Shown here: in pieces, positions 9,152 through 19,674 of the stretch
Position numbering within the stretch: position 1 is the first letter of the stretch
How the letters are laid out: every line of letters begins with the position of its first letter
Virus record (IMG/VR): IMGVR_UViG_3300027573_000035
Span: 1-56,369 of that record
DNA: 56,369 bases
Source: a virus
Taxonomy: Duplodnaviria > Caudoviricetes
Strand: one strand, 5' to 3'
Notes under the pieces: generated by a model
Database searches by the model: none
Seen by the model: only the letters and a program-made list of their open reading frames with translations
What the model was told of the DNA's origin: nothing
Position numbers and translations under genes: made by a program

Positions 9152-10802
9152 AATTTGTGATGACATATATCTTGACTGCTTTCATCACCTGCTTGACTTA
9201 AATGATGACATTGACATTGAACTGATTTTTGGTGGCAGGGATTCAGGCAAATCAAAATTCCTTGCACAACTGTTCACAACTGCCTGCATGGAACTTGATT
9301 ATTTTCGTGCCTTGCTTATTAAGCAGACATTTGAAAGCATCAAAGACACCCAGTGGCAACTTATCAAGGACAATGCAGAACAGTGGCAGGTTGACCACCT
9401 ATTCAAGTTTTTCACATCACCACTTTCCATCAGGTGTGACAATGGCAACAGTTTTCATTGCAGGGGCATGGACAACCCTGCAAATATCCGGTCCTTTGCC
9501 AATCCTTCACATGCATGGATTGAAGAAGCAACACAAATCAGTGAAGATGGTTTTATCAATGTCTTGACAGGATTGCGGTCTGATTATGGCAGGGTGAAAT
9601 TGTACTTCACTTTTAATCCTGAAGCAGATACACCTGACTTCACTGACTTCTGGCTTTATAAAATGTTTTACAAGAACCATGAACCTGATGTCAATTTTGT
9701 TGGAAGTATTAAATTAAAGTTCATTAATAATTTTGGACATGAACAGGAAGTGTCATTGAAATACAGGTCCACACATGTCACCTATCATCAGAATCCATTT
9801 GTTTCACCACAAAGGATTGCATTTCATGAAAGCCTGAAGGAAAACAACCCTTATTGGTACAGGGTTTTCACATTGGGTTTATGGGGTAACATCCTGAATG
9901 ATTCACCATGGGCATTTGCCTTCAATAAAGCAAAACATGTCAGTGATGGTGCCATGATAAAACACCCAGTGTATGACAGGTCACATGAACTGTATCTTTC
10001 ATGGGATTTTAACCGCAATCCAATGACATGTCTTGTCATCCAACATTATAATTCAACAGTGAAAGTCCTTGAATCAATCAGGGTGCCAAGGACCGGCATT
10101 GATGGTGTCACTGATGTCATCAAAGTAAAATATCCTTATGCACTTTACATCATTACAGGTGACTATAATGGCAACAACACATCATCATTGTTTGCAGAAC
10201 ATGTCACACATTACAAATTGATAAAGCATTTCCTGAAGCTTGCAGACAGTCAATTCAAGGTCAAACCAAATCCATTGCAGGCAAAAAATTCAACACATAT
10301 AAACAATGTTTTATCATATTACAATGTGATTATTCATGGCACTGATGCAGCATCACTGGTCTTTGATTTGGAGAATGTCAGAAGACGTGCAAACGGCACC
10401 ATCATGAAGACAGACCGTGACAACCCTGCACAACAGGCAGACAGTTTGGATTGCTTCAGATATTTTTGCAATGCCTTTCTTGATTGGTTTCAACCAATGC
10501 CTGCACCACCACCAAAGACATCTGTCACTTATGTTTCACCTGTTGCAGATGAAAACAAACCACTGCTTGAAAGTGACCTTAATGGATTGGTACAGTTTAA
10601 TAATTATCATGCTTCAGATATTGAAGCAGGAAGGCAGGTGGTTTGCACACAAGAAGATTATCAAGGGTTTATGCGTAATGAACTGATTAAAAAGGTGAAT
10701 GGATGGATTGCAGTTAGTGATTATATTCGTGCAAGATTTGCAATTGAAGAAATCAAAAGGCTTGATGGTTTGTTCATACCATCAACACTTGATGTTGCAT
10801 AA
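9138..10802 (+). CDS. terL: terminase large subunit (PBSX-like)
   Basis: Walker A GGRDSGKS, Walker B WIEEA, FNP coupling motif, nuclease SWDFN and DSLDCFRY. Confidence 0.93.
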   Translation: MKEVEICDDIYLDCFHHLLDLNDDIDIELIFGGRDSGKSKFLAQLFTTACMELDYFRALLIKQTFESIKDTQWQLIKDNAEQWQVDHLFKFFTSPLSIRCDNGNSFHCRGMDNPANIRSFANPSHAWIEEATQISEDGFINVLTGLRSDYGRVKLYFTFNPEADTPDFTDFWLYKMFYKNHEPDVNFVGSIKLKFINNFGHEQEVSLKYRSTHVTYHQNPFVSPQRIAFHESLKENNPYWYRVFTLGLWGNILNDSPWAFAFNKAKHVSDGAMIKHPVYDRSHELYLSWDFNRNPMTCLVIQHYNSTVKVLESIRVPRTGIDGVTDVIKVKYPYALYIITGDYNGNNTSSLFAEHVTHYKLIKHFLKLADSQFKVKPNPLQAKNSTHINNVLSYYNVIIHGTDAASLVFDLENVRRRANGTIMKTDRDNPAQQADSLDCFRYFCNAFLDWFQPMPAPPPKTSVTYVSPVADENKPLLESDLNGLVQFNNYHASDIEAGRQVVCTQEDYQGFMRNELIKKVNGWIAVSDYIRARFAIEEIKRLDGLFIPSTLDVA

Positions 10803-10853
10803 GTCTTATTTTATTGGTTTTACGGGGATTGTTTCTACTATCCCCGTTTTTTA
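10793..10853 (+). ncRNA. candidate anti-leader small RNA A / terminator
   Basis: Reverse complement of TAAAACCAATAAAAT..ATGCAAC followed by ACGGGGAT-T-GT-TTCT-AC-T-ATCCCCGT and U tract. Confidence 0.5.
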
Positions 10854-10951
10854 TTTTTTATACAGTATCATATATTTACCACCATTCATCTGGCTGTCAT
10901 GCTTTCAGCAGCAGCAAAACCGGCAGACTTCTTTTTAAATTCCCTTTCCTG

Positions 10952-11284
10952 ATGGTGGAAGAACTTGCATTTGTTTTGCTGACATCATTTAAAATCATGT
11001 TTGTGTATGTTGCCATGAAGGAAGGCATGATTTTTCATTTTGTGCCAATCCTGATTGAACATCTTTTTGCTGCATTGTTACCTGCAAAAAATTGGGCATT
11101 GACATTTGCCTGTTATGCAAGGAAACCTTTATATGGTTGTGTCATCTGCATGTCTTCAATTTGGGGTGTTTTATTTTCATTAAACAGGTTTTCCTTCAGT
11201 GTGGAATACCTGTTTTTTTTATTTGCTGTTGGTGGTCTTAATTATTTATTTGATTCAATAATTGCAAAACAAAATGCTGATTGA
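10952..11284 (+). CDS. membrane protein (DUF1360-like, possible holin)
   Basis: Several hydrophobic segments; KPLYGCVICMSSIWG motif. Confidence 0.6.
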   Translation: MVEELAFVLLTSFKIMFVYVAMKEGMIFHFVPILIEHLFAALLPAKNWALTFACYARKPLYGCVICMSSIWGVLFSLNRFSFSVEYLFFLFAVGGLNYLFDSIIAKQNAD

Positions 11285-11525
11285 AAAGAAAAATGAAATG
11301 CTTCAGGCAGGATGGATTTGTTCAAAGTGTGCATGTCCATCAGGCAGGGGTTTTGATTGTGTCCATCCACTGCACCAAGGTTTTCTTATATACTTAAGAC
11401 CGGCAGTGGCAAAGCTTATGAAGAAAGGATTTTGCATTGAATCAATGCATCTTTATCAACTCAATGAAATACTTAAAAAACATGGTCTTTCAGAAATTAG
11501 TCAACCGGTTGACCCGAAAAAATAA
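11274..11525 (+). CDS. small Cys-rich protein
   Basis: CSKCAC...CVH; overlaps both neighbours. Confidence 0.55.
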   Translation: MLIEKKNEMLQAGWICSKCACPSGRGFDCVHPLHQGFLIYLRPAVAKLMKKGFCIESMHLYQLNEILKKHGLSEISQPVDPKK

Positions 11526-12123
11526 ATGGTCAAATGTTGATGCTGCAATCAAGTATGCCTTCACATGTGGTGGCATTGACTATTATCAATTTGAAGACTT
11601 CAACAACATGCCTGCATTGCGGGGATTGAAGACAATGGTTTTTTATGAAGAAATGAGAATGAAAGTGTCAATGGAATATTTAAAGGAACATGTGAAAGCA
11701 GTGGATGAACAGTTGTTGCAGCATAAGATAAATATTTACAACATCAAGAAGTTGAATGACCAATTGTTTCAAAGACTTGACATTGGAATTGACATGGACT
11801 TGGTGTTGAAAATATCATCCATTGTCTTCTTCACATCTGATGAAAATATAAAGGATTATGATTATGCATACAATGCAAAAAAAGTTGAACATTGGAAGAA
11901 GTATGGTGGTGCAGATTTTTTTTTGCAGCAGCCTTTGTTGGAATTGTTACCTGCTTTAAAAAATACGAAAGTCAATTTGGCGAATTATATAAAAGTTCAG
12001 GAAAAGTTAAATCAAATTCATTTGGATACTTTGTCACAACTGTTGCCACAAGAACAGACAATGAAATTGAAAGGCAAATCTTATTTATCGCTGGCAATGA
12101 TGCAGCCAAAATCAAGGAAGTGA
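11482..12123 (+). CDS. putative tail assembly chaperone (gpG-like)
   Basis: Position just upstream of the tape measure gene; T9 slippery run 11916-11924. Confidence 0.6.
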   Translation: MVFQKLVNRLTRKNKWSNVDAAIKYAFTCGGIDYYQFEDFNNMPALRGLKTMVFYEEMRMKVSMEYLKEHVKAVDEQLLQHKINIYNIKKLNDQLFQRLDIGIDMDLVLKISSIVFFTSDENIKDYDYAYNAKKVEHWKKYGGADFFLQQPLLELLPALKNTKVNLANYIKVQEKLNQIHLDTLSQLLPQEQTMKLKGKSYLSLAMMQPKSRK

Positions 12124-12227
12124 TGGAACTGACAATCTGGAGATATTTATTTATCCTGAATGAAAAGATGAAGCAGCCTGTCAAGCAGTTTGAAAGGTCA
12201 AATGGTCAATCACAATTAAAAAAATAA
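11916..12227 (+). CDS. putative -1 frameshift extension of tail chaperone (gpGT-like)
   Basis: -1 frame open from the T9 run to TAA 12227, 3 nt before the TMP start; protein-like C-terminus. Confidence 0.5.
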   Translation, partial: FFFAAAFVGIVTCFKKYESQFGELYKSSGKVKSNSFGYFVTTVATRTDNEIERQILFIAGNDAAKIKEVMELTIWRYLFILNEKMKQPVKQFERSNGQSQLKK

Positions 12228-12230
12228 ATC

Positions 12231-14948
12231 ATGCCGGTTGAAAATTTAGTTGTCAATATGAAGTTGGAAGCAACAGGACAACAGACGGTTGATGCAGTTG
12301 TTGACAAGATGGTTGAAGGACAGCAGGAAGTCAAGAATGAAGTCAAGCAGACCAATGATGCCTTCAAGGTTCAGGAAGGTGTCATTGACAGTGCAGGTGG
12401 TGCAATGGCAGAATATGCCGGAAAGGTGAAGGATGTTGGCAAGGCAACAACAGGTGCATTTGGTGCCAAGGCATTGAAGGATTTTGAAAAGGCAGGTGTG
12501 CAGGCTTTCAAGAATGTTGTCATTGGTGCATCAAAATCAGGTGCAGCCTTCAAAAGTGTTGGCAAGGATATCAAGGCAGGAATAGGTGATGCACTGAAGG
12601 CAGCAGGTGTCAGTGTGGATGACTTTAATCAGGCATTAAAGGAAGCAGGTGTCACTGCTGATGATTTTGCAGCATCAATTGTGCAGACTGCTTTTAATAC
12701 TGAAGAAATAGTTGAAGCATTTGAAGCTGTTGACAGAACAGGCATGTCATTGAAGACAAGGCTGAAGGAATTGAAGGACCAATTGTCATTGATGGAAGAT
12801 GCAGGATTGGAAGGAACAGCCATGTTTGAAACCATGGCAATTGAAGCTGGTTCCCTTGAAGACCAACTTGGTGACACTGCTGCAAGAATCAGAACATTGT
12901 CAAGTGATACACAAAATATTGATGCTGCTGTTGAAGGTGTGCAAGTGATGGCATCAGGTTTCCAAGTGGCAGCAGGTGCAGCAGCAGTTTTTGGTGCAGA
13001 AGATGAAAACCTTCAGAAAGTCATGGTGAAATTAAATGGCATCATGGCAATCACAACCGGCATTCAGCAATTGATGAATTTCCTGCATGGTCAATCATCA
13101 TTAAGGTTGAAACTTGCTGCTGCTGATAATGCCTTATTTGCAATGTCAAACAGGGTGACAGCAGCAACATTGACAATGGTTGGTTCAGCAGCAACAGCAA
13201 CATCAGTGACCTTTAAAGTTTTAAGGACAGTGATGATGACCCTTGGGATTGGGTTGATAATTGCTGCAATTGGTTTTCTTGTAGATATGATGATGACATG
13301 GTCAGATGAAACTGAAACTGCTGAAGATGCACAAGCAAGATTGGAAACACAAACACAAAAGACCAATGAAGCCATCAAGGACCAGACAGATGCATTGGAT
13401 GATTTGAATGAAACCAATAAATTAAGGGCAAAGCTTGCAGGTGCATCTGAAGAACAACTTTTCAGGATTGAACAGAAAGGCATTCAGGACAGAATCAACA
13501 TCAGGAATAAAGCAATCAATGATGCCATCAATTCAAAATCAAAAGAAATTATTGACACAACTGAACTGATTAAGGCAAATAATGCTGATTTGAATTTGCT
13601 TGAGAACAACAGGCTGAATCATCAGATTGATTTACAACAGGAAGCAGCAGATAAATCAAAAAAAATTGGTGAAGATGCTGCAAAGGATAAAGAAAAAAAG
13701 GCAAAGGAAGATGAAGAAAGGGAACAAAGGCAGGTTGATGCATTGGACACTATCAACAAGAATGCACTTCAGAAGCAGATTAATAATAATAAAGAAATAT
13801 TATCTAATACAACTTTAAATCAGGAAGTAAGGAATAATGCAGAAAAGGACCATCAAATAAAACAGATTGAATTGGCAAATCTTGAAAAAGAAATTTTATT
13901 AAGAAATAAAGAATTGGGCGCAACTGAAATATTGTTGATTGAAGAAGAAACAAATCAAAAGATTGAAGATATCAACAAGGAACATGCAGCAAACATTTTA
14001 AAGATTTGGCAAGACAGTCAAAAAAATCAGGTTGATTTAAAAAAGGCACCTGACATTGTTGATGCCACTGATGAACAGTTGAAAAGTCAATTTGCATCAA
14101 TGATGACAGTGACCACTGAAAATGCAGAAAAGGAAATCAAGACCATTGAAGACACTGAAAAAAAGAAAGCTGAAACAAGGAAGGCAGCAGCAGCAGCAAC
14201 CATCAGTGCAGTCACAGAAGCAGCAAATGCATTATTTGAAGCAGGTGCAGAAAGACGGCAAAAAGAATTAGATGATGCACTTGCAAAAAATCAGGCTGCA
14301 ATGGAAGGTGAATTGAATAATAAGAATTTGACAGAACAGCAGAAAGATGATATTGCAAAAAAGTATGCAGCAAAGGAAAGGTTGTTGAAGATTGCTGCAT
14401 TCAATGATGACAAGAAAGCCAAAAGGACAGCAGCAATCATCAATGGATTGTTAGGTATTACAAATGCATTGGCAACTGCACCAACCATCATTGCAGGTGT
14501 CATCCTTGCAGCATCAGTTGCAGCAACAACAGCAATTGCAGTTGCTAAAATTCAGGCTGCACAACCAGGATTCAAAAAAGGTGGATATACCGGCAATAAA
14601 AGGAAGGATGAAGTGGCAGGTTTTGTCCATGGACAGGAATATGTTGCACATGCTGAAGCATATAAAAGATATAAACCGGCACTTGAAGCAATGAATGATT
14701 TGAAGTTTGAAGACTACATCAAAAGGATTGCACCTGTCTATTCAATGCCGCAAATGGTTGCACTTCCTGAAACTATTAATGGACAACCCTTGTTTAATAT
14801 AGATTATGACAGGATTGGAATTGCAGTGGCAAAGCATTCAGACAGCAAACCAAGGATGATAATGAATGCAGATGCAAATGGACTGTCCATCTTCATGCAG
14901 GAAAAGAACAACATCACCAAGATTCAAAATAAAAGGTACAGTCTTTAA
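12231..14948 (+). CDS. tail tape measure protein
   Basis: 905 aa Ala-rich helical protein with hydrophobic segments and C-terminal FKKGGYTG...AGFVHGQEYV motif. Confidence 0.9.
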   Translation: MPVENLVVNMKLEATGQQTVDAVVDKMVEGQQEVKNEVKQTNDAFKVQEGVIDSAGGAMAEYAGKVKDVGKATTGAFGAKALKDFEKAGVQAFKNVVIGASKSGAAFKSVGKDIKAGIGDALKAAGVSVDDFNQALKEAGVTADDFAASIVQTAFNTEEIVEAFEAVDRTGMSLKTRLKELKDQLSLMEDAGLEGTAMFETMAIEAGSLEDQLGDTAARIRTLSSDTQNIDAAVEGVQVMASGFQVAAGAAAVFGAEDENLQKVMVKLNGIMAITTGIQQLMNFLHGQSSLRLKLAAADNALFAMSNRVTAATLTMVGSAATATSVTFKVLRTVMMTLGIGLIIAAIGFLVDMMMTWSDETETAEDAQARLETQTQKTNEAIKDQTDALDDLNETNKLRAKLAGASEEQLFRIEQKGIQDRINIRNKAINDAINSKSKEIIDTTELIKANNADLNLLENNRLNHQIDLQQEAADKSKKIGEDAAKDKEKKAKEDEEREQRQVDALDTINKNALQKQINNNKEILSNTTLNQEVRNNAEKDHQIKQIELANLEKEILLRNKELGATEILLIEEETNQKIEDINKEHAANILKIWQDSQKNQVDLKKAPDIVDATDEQLKSQFASMMTVTTENAEKEIKTIEDTEKKKAETRKAAAAATISAVTEAANALFEAGAERRQKELDDALAKNQAAMEGELNNKNLTEQQKDDIAKKYAAKERLLKIAAFNDDKKAKRTAAIINGLLGITNALATAPTIIAGVILAASVAATTAIAVAKIQAAQPGFKKGGYTGNKRKDEVAGFVHGQEYVAHAEAYKRYKPALEAMNDLKFEDYIKRIAPVYSMPQMVALPETINGQPLFNIDYDRIGIAVAKHSDSKPRMIMNADANGLSIFMQEKNNITKIQNKRYSL

Positions 14949-14964
14949 ATAATAGTTGTTTATT

Positions 14965-17562
14965 ATGGATTGGAAATTCACACTGATAAACAGGTTTGAT
15001 GAACCAACTGAAATTGATGAACCTGTTGGTTGGGATGCATGTGAAATCATTGTCAAACGTGACCTTGATAAGCATGGAATTGTTTTTGATTATACAGGCA
15101 ATGACTTCACCTATTATGGACCGGCAATGCATCTGATTCAGGCTGAATATGAATTGTTTGGTGTGCAGGGTAAGATGAAGTTAAAGATTGAATTGAATTG
15201 TGGTGGTGGTGTCATGGAAGAACTGTATCAAGGAAACCTTCTTTTTGGTCAATACAAGTTTACTTGTGCAGATACATGTTTTGTAAAAATCCCAGTGGAA
15301 ACAACAGGTGATGTCATGGCATTCACCAATCGTTATGACCAAAAGGTGAACCTGCTGACAACCACTTCCTTTGATGAATTGACAGCACTTCCTGCTTATG
15401 ATAAGTTAGGAATGGAAATGACCTTGCCAAGTAAAGGAATCTTTATACAGGACCATGCAATCAATGAAACATGGAATGGAACCACCATGGAAGGCATTGC
15501 AACAACCAACATGGAAGATGATGCAAGTGAATATGGCATGATAAGCATTGGCATGAATAAAATATTGGCTGCTGAATTAGGTGGATTTTCATTTGAATCA
15601 TCACCAATATATGATTTTGCAGCAGATGGTGATGGATGGCATGTCACGGACCCGATTCATGAAGTTGCATTGAAAATCACAACCGGCACAAGTGACAATT
15701 ATTTGTGGTTTCCAACCCTGCCACCTGTCCTGAACTATTCTGAAACAATGCCAAATTTTGGACAGGTGAACAATCCTGTTGATATATCATACAGGATAAA
15801 AGGCAGGATTTTTTGCCGTGATTCAGTTGGATTGGACAACATCAAGCTTGTTTTTGCAAGGTTGCCACAAGGTCTTGCAGGTGAAGTCAATGCTGATTAT
15901 GAATACATAATAGGACAGGACATATTTTTTTCCGGCACATCAACCACAACAGGGAATCTTGGAAGTGGTGCCATGAATGAAAATGATGTTCAGGAATTTG
16001 ATTTGTCCTTTACTGAAACAAGGGTTTTGCAGGAAGGTGACCGGTTTTATTTATGTATTTGCCTATTTCATAAAAGAACTGAAGCACAAGCAGATGGTGA
16101 CAACCCAGGACTTGAAATTGTTTTTGATACTGAATCATTTTTCAAGGCATCAACAATCAGCATCACAGACGCAACAGCAGCAAAAGTTTTCATGGTCAAT
16201 GAAACATTAAGCAGGATATCAGAAGCCATCAGTGAAGACCGTTTAAGGGTTTACAGTGATTATTTTGGAAGGACAGACAGTCAGCCATATACAGCAGCAG
16301 CAGATGGATGTGGTGCATTGGAAGTTATTACAAAAGGTTTGTTCATAAGACGTGCAGAAAACAGGATTGAAGGTGAACCATTTTTGATGACCTTAAGCAT
16401 GAAGGATTGTTTTGAAGGATTGGACCCGATTCATCACATTGGTTTCGGCATTGAAGGTGACCCTTACAGAACAGGATTCAAGATGGTAAGAATTGAACCA
16501 TGGAAATATTTCTATAAAGAAGACATCATCCTTGATTGCAGTGCAGTCAGGCAGATTGACAGAAAGTGCATGGAATCTGAAGTGTATGGAACTTTCAAGT
16601 TTGGTTTTGAAAAGTGGGAAGCAGAAGAATATAATGGTCTTGATGAATTTTTGACCAAAAGGACATACAGGACCACATTGTCTGAAGTCAAAAATGAATT
16701 GACCAAAATCAGCAAATTCATTGCAAGTGGTTATGCATGGGAAATCACAAGACGGAAAAATGATGCTGACAGCAAGGACTGGAGATTTGACAATGACAAT
16801 TTCATTGCATGTGTTAAACGTGATACAAGGGAATATTCAGTTGAATTGTCAGGTCACTTCACACCAATTGCATTTGTATCAACAACTGAACCTGTTGGTG
16901 TTGTTGTTGGTGATGTGGTGACCATTACAGGAAGCACTTTCAATGATGGCACTTATACCATCCTTGCCATCACTGAAATCTTCATCATTGGTGGTTGGAG
17001 AATTTACCTTGAAGAACCAACTGTCACTGAAGCAGGTGCCACCATTACAATGTCAAGGGAAAACCCAGGATTCATGATTGAACAAGGCAATGCAAGTGAA
17101 TCTGAAAATGTTATCAGTCCTGAAACTGCATACAATTTAAGGTTGTCACCTGTAAGGAATGCAATGCGCTGGATGAATAAGGTTTTTGCATCATATAAAA
17201 ACTGGGATTATACCAACAAGATTCTTTTCACTGAAGGTGATGGTAATTATTTAGCACAAACAAAATTGGTTTATGAATCGGGTTGTGAATTGGAAGCAGT
17301 GCCAATCAAGGAAAACATGCCAATTGATTATACCTTGTTTTTTGATTTTGCTGACTTATATCCATTAATGCAGGCAGAAAGGATTGAATTTGATTATCCA
17401 ATGTCATTGTATGACTTCAGGAACATCATGTCAAACCCTTATGGATTGATTCAATTTAATAATACTTGTGGAACTGATGCAGGATGGATTGAAACAATCA
17501 GCTACAAGCCAGAAGAAGGACTTGCAAAATTTATATTGATTCCAAAATACATTGTAATATGA
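14965..17562 (+). CDS. tail tip / hub protein
   Basis: Follows TMP; DEPVGWD N-terminus; beta-rich, ~865 aa. Confidence 0.7.
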   Translation: MDWKFTLINRFDEPTEIDEPVGWDACEIIVKRDLDKHGIVFDYTGNDFTYYGPAMHLIQAEYELFGVQGKMKLKIELNCGGGVMEELYQGNLLFGQYKFTCADTCFVKIPVETTGDVMAFTNRYDQKVNLLTTTSFDELTALPAYDKLGMEMTLPSKGIFIQDHAINETWNGTTMEGIATTNMEDDASEYGMISIGMNKILAAELGGFSFESSPIYDFAADGDGWHVTDPIHEVALKITTGTSDNYLWFPTLPPVLNYSETMPNFGQVNNPVDISYRIKGRIFCRDSVGLDNIKLVFARLPQGLAGEVNADYEYIIGQDIFFSGTSTTTGNLGSGAMNENDVQEFDLSFTETRVLQEGDRFYLCICLFHKRTEAQADGDNPGLEIVFDTESFFKASTISITDATAAKVFMVNETLSRISEAISEDRLRVYSDYFGRTDSQPYTAAADGCGALEVITKGLFIRRAENRIEGEPFLMTLSMKDCFEGLDPIHHIGFGIEGDPYRTGFKMVRIEPWKYFYKEDIILDCSAVRQIDRKCMESEVYGTFKFGFEKWEAEEYNGLDEFLTKRTYRTTLSEVKNELTKISKFIASGYAWEITRRKNDADSKDWRFDNDNFIACVKRDTREYSVELSGHFTPIAFVSTTEPVGVVVGDVVTITGSTFNDGTYTILAITEIFIIGGWRIYLEEPTVTEAGATITMSRENPGFMIEQGNASESENVISPETAYNLRLSPVRNAMRWMNKVFASYKNWDYTNKILFTEGDGNYLAQTKLVYESGCELEAVPIKENMPIDYTLFFDFADLYPLMQAERIEFDYPMSLYDFRNIMSNPYGLIQFNNTCGTDAGWIETISYKPEEGLAKFILIPKYIVI

Positions 17563-19673
17563 TAACATTATCAAGTCCAAGATTGTCATTTATACAATTC
17601 AAGGTAAGTGAAGGATTGCCACCATCAGGAATAATTTTGCCGATTGTGCAGGCTGGTGATTTATATTTTCAGGTATTACTGACTGCTGAAAGTAGTGGTG
17701 AAGCAGACACCATTGATGACAGCACAATCAACTTCAGTATTTACAGTCCTGATGGAACCTTATTGCATGATTATGCAGTTGGAGTTGATAACACATTTTA
17801 TTTTTATCGAATAAATGAATTGCAGGTTCTTGCACATTGGCATAATGGATTCCCAGGATTGCTTTTTTTCGTACCTAATTACACATGCTTTAATATCCTT
17901 TTGACAATTTCAGGTGGTGATGCTTATGCAAGCAATTTTTTAAAATACATTTCAAATGGTTATAATTACACCACCTTGATTGAATATGCATGTGATGAAA
18001 ATTCATATGGTTTCATTTATTGTGCCGGTTTTGCACACAACAGAATCAGGTTGCCAATGTACCTGTTAAAACCACAATTTATTGATGAAGAAGAAGTCTA
18101 TTTTAAATCAGATGGAAGCATCAAGATATTAAAATCAGTTACCCGTAAATTATATGAAGGCAGTGTTGACCATGTGGATGAAGCAACACATGAAAAAATA
18201 AAGGTTGCATTGTCACATGATTATGTTGTGATGGACATACATGATGAAAATGGTCTTTCAATGATTGCTGGTGAATTTAGGAAGTCAGGTCAATATGAAA
18301 TTGAATGGACTGACAGACCAGGTTATTCAACAACTGCACCTGCAAAATTCAAGGCACATCTGACACCTTATCTTGTAAGGAATGATAATTGTGAAGTATG
18401 TGAAGCTGCACCACCACCTGCATTCAATTTATATTGGACTTTTGAAGAACTTGATGGTCAGGAAGGTTATTTGCAGGTGATTCAGGATGGAAGCACAAAT
18501 ATTGTCTTCACATTTGTGACATTGGCATCATCACTTAACGTTCCAATTGGTGCAGTTCTTTTTGTTGCTTGTGGTGCAGATAGTGGAACACCAAATACAT
18601 TTTTGCAAATTGTGAAAGATGGTTTCATCATTTATTCATCAGACAATCCATCAGCAACACCAAACAATTTTGAATTTACCATTGAAGCAGGTTCAACTTA
18701 TAGCATCATTTCAAATGTCCATGCTGCACCACCTGTTTTGCAATGGTTGGTGGACAATGATGATGCAACAGGTGACAATGTTGGCAGGTTAATCATCACT
18801 GTCAATGGTGTGGAACAGGTCAATGAGAATGCAACAGGTGTTGGTTCAATTACACCACCAATTGGTTCAGCAGTTGTCATCACTTTTTATGATGATTTGG
18901 CATCTGCTGCTGATGAAATTTCATTGACCGTGAATGATGATTTGTTGGGTGAATTGTACAATGTTTCAGGTGATGGTTCAACACCACTGTCATATTCATA
19001 CACTGCAACAGGACAAGTCCTTGTTGCATTTGGACGTGCATATGCAGCAGCAGCATGCACACCTGTTGCAGTGGTTGGTACACTTGATGCAATGCCAAAT
19101 GCAATTGCAGGTCAACCATATTTTTATTCATTTGCAATCAACAGTGATGCAACACCAACTGTCAATTTATATCCATCAAGCAAACCATCATGGATGACAA
19201 TTGCCAAGGTTGGAAATGAAATTCATTTTACTGGAATACCATCAACCATTGCAGAAAATGTTGATGTGATGGTTGCAGTTGTGAATTGTGATGGTGCAGG
19301 TTCAATTGAATTTGTTGACATGATAAATATTGTATGGCCAGAACTAACAATCACTGCATTGTATTTTGACACTTCATTCAGTGCTGCATTAAACGTTCCA
19401 ATTGATGTTGATATAAATATAATCAACACTTTTTCAACCTGCTTTGACACTTGTGGTGGCAGTTCAATTGGTTCAATGCAACATGTTCCTGTTGTAACAA
19501 TACCGGCAGGCAGTTTAGGCATCACATATGATTCATTAAGCAATACAGGCACCAATGGTCCACATCAAAGGGTTGATAATGCCATCAATATAAATGGAAC
19601 ACCATACAACAATGGTGCAACAGTGGCAACAGGTGGAATCAGTGTTGTTTTGCATCTTCAACAATGTACATAA
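17559..19673 (+). CDS. minor tail protein with Ig-like beta domains
   Basis: 704 aa; NRIRLP N-terminal region then Thr/Gly/Ser-rich beta repeats. Confidence 0.65.
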   Translation: MITLSSPRLSFIQFKVSEGLPPSGIILPIVQAGDLYFQVLLTAESSGEADTIDDSTINFSIYSPDGTLLHDYAVGVDNTFYFYRINELQVLAHWHNGFPGLLFFVPNYTCFNILLTISGGDAYASNFLKYISNGYNYTTLIEYACDENSYGFIYCAGFAHNRIRLPMYLLKPQFIDEEEVYFKSDGSIKILKSVTRKLYEGSVDHVDEATHEKIKVALSHDYVVMDIHDENGLSMIAGEFRKSGQYEIEWTDRPGYSTTAPAKFKAHLTPYLVRNDNCEVCEAAPPPAFNLYWTFEELDGQEGYLQVIQDGSTNIVFTFVTLASSLNVPIGAVLFVACGADSGTPNTFLQIVKDGFIIYSSDNPSATPNNFEFTIEAGSTYSIISNVHAAPPVLQWLVDNDDATGDNVGRLIITVNGVEQVNENATGVGSITPPIGSAVVITFYDDLASAADEISLTVNDDLLGELYNVSGDGSTPLSYSYTATGQVLVAFGRAYAAAACTPVAVVGTLDAMPNAIAGQPYFYSFAINSDATPTVNLYPSSKPSWMTIAKVGNEIHFTGIPSTIAENVDVMVAVVNCDGAGSIEFVDMINIVWPELTITALYFDTSFSAALNVPIDVDINIINTFSTCFDTCGGSSIGSMQHVPVVTIPAGSLGITYDSLSNTGTNGPHQRVDNAININGTPYNNGATVATGGISVVLHLQQCT

Positions 19674-19674
19674 A

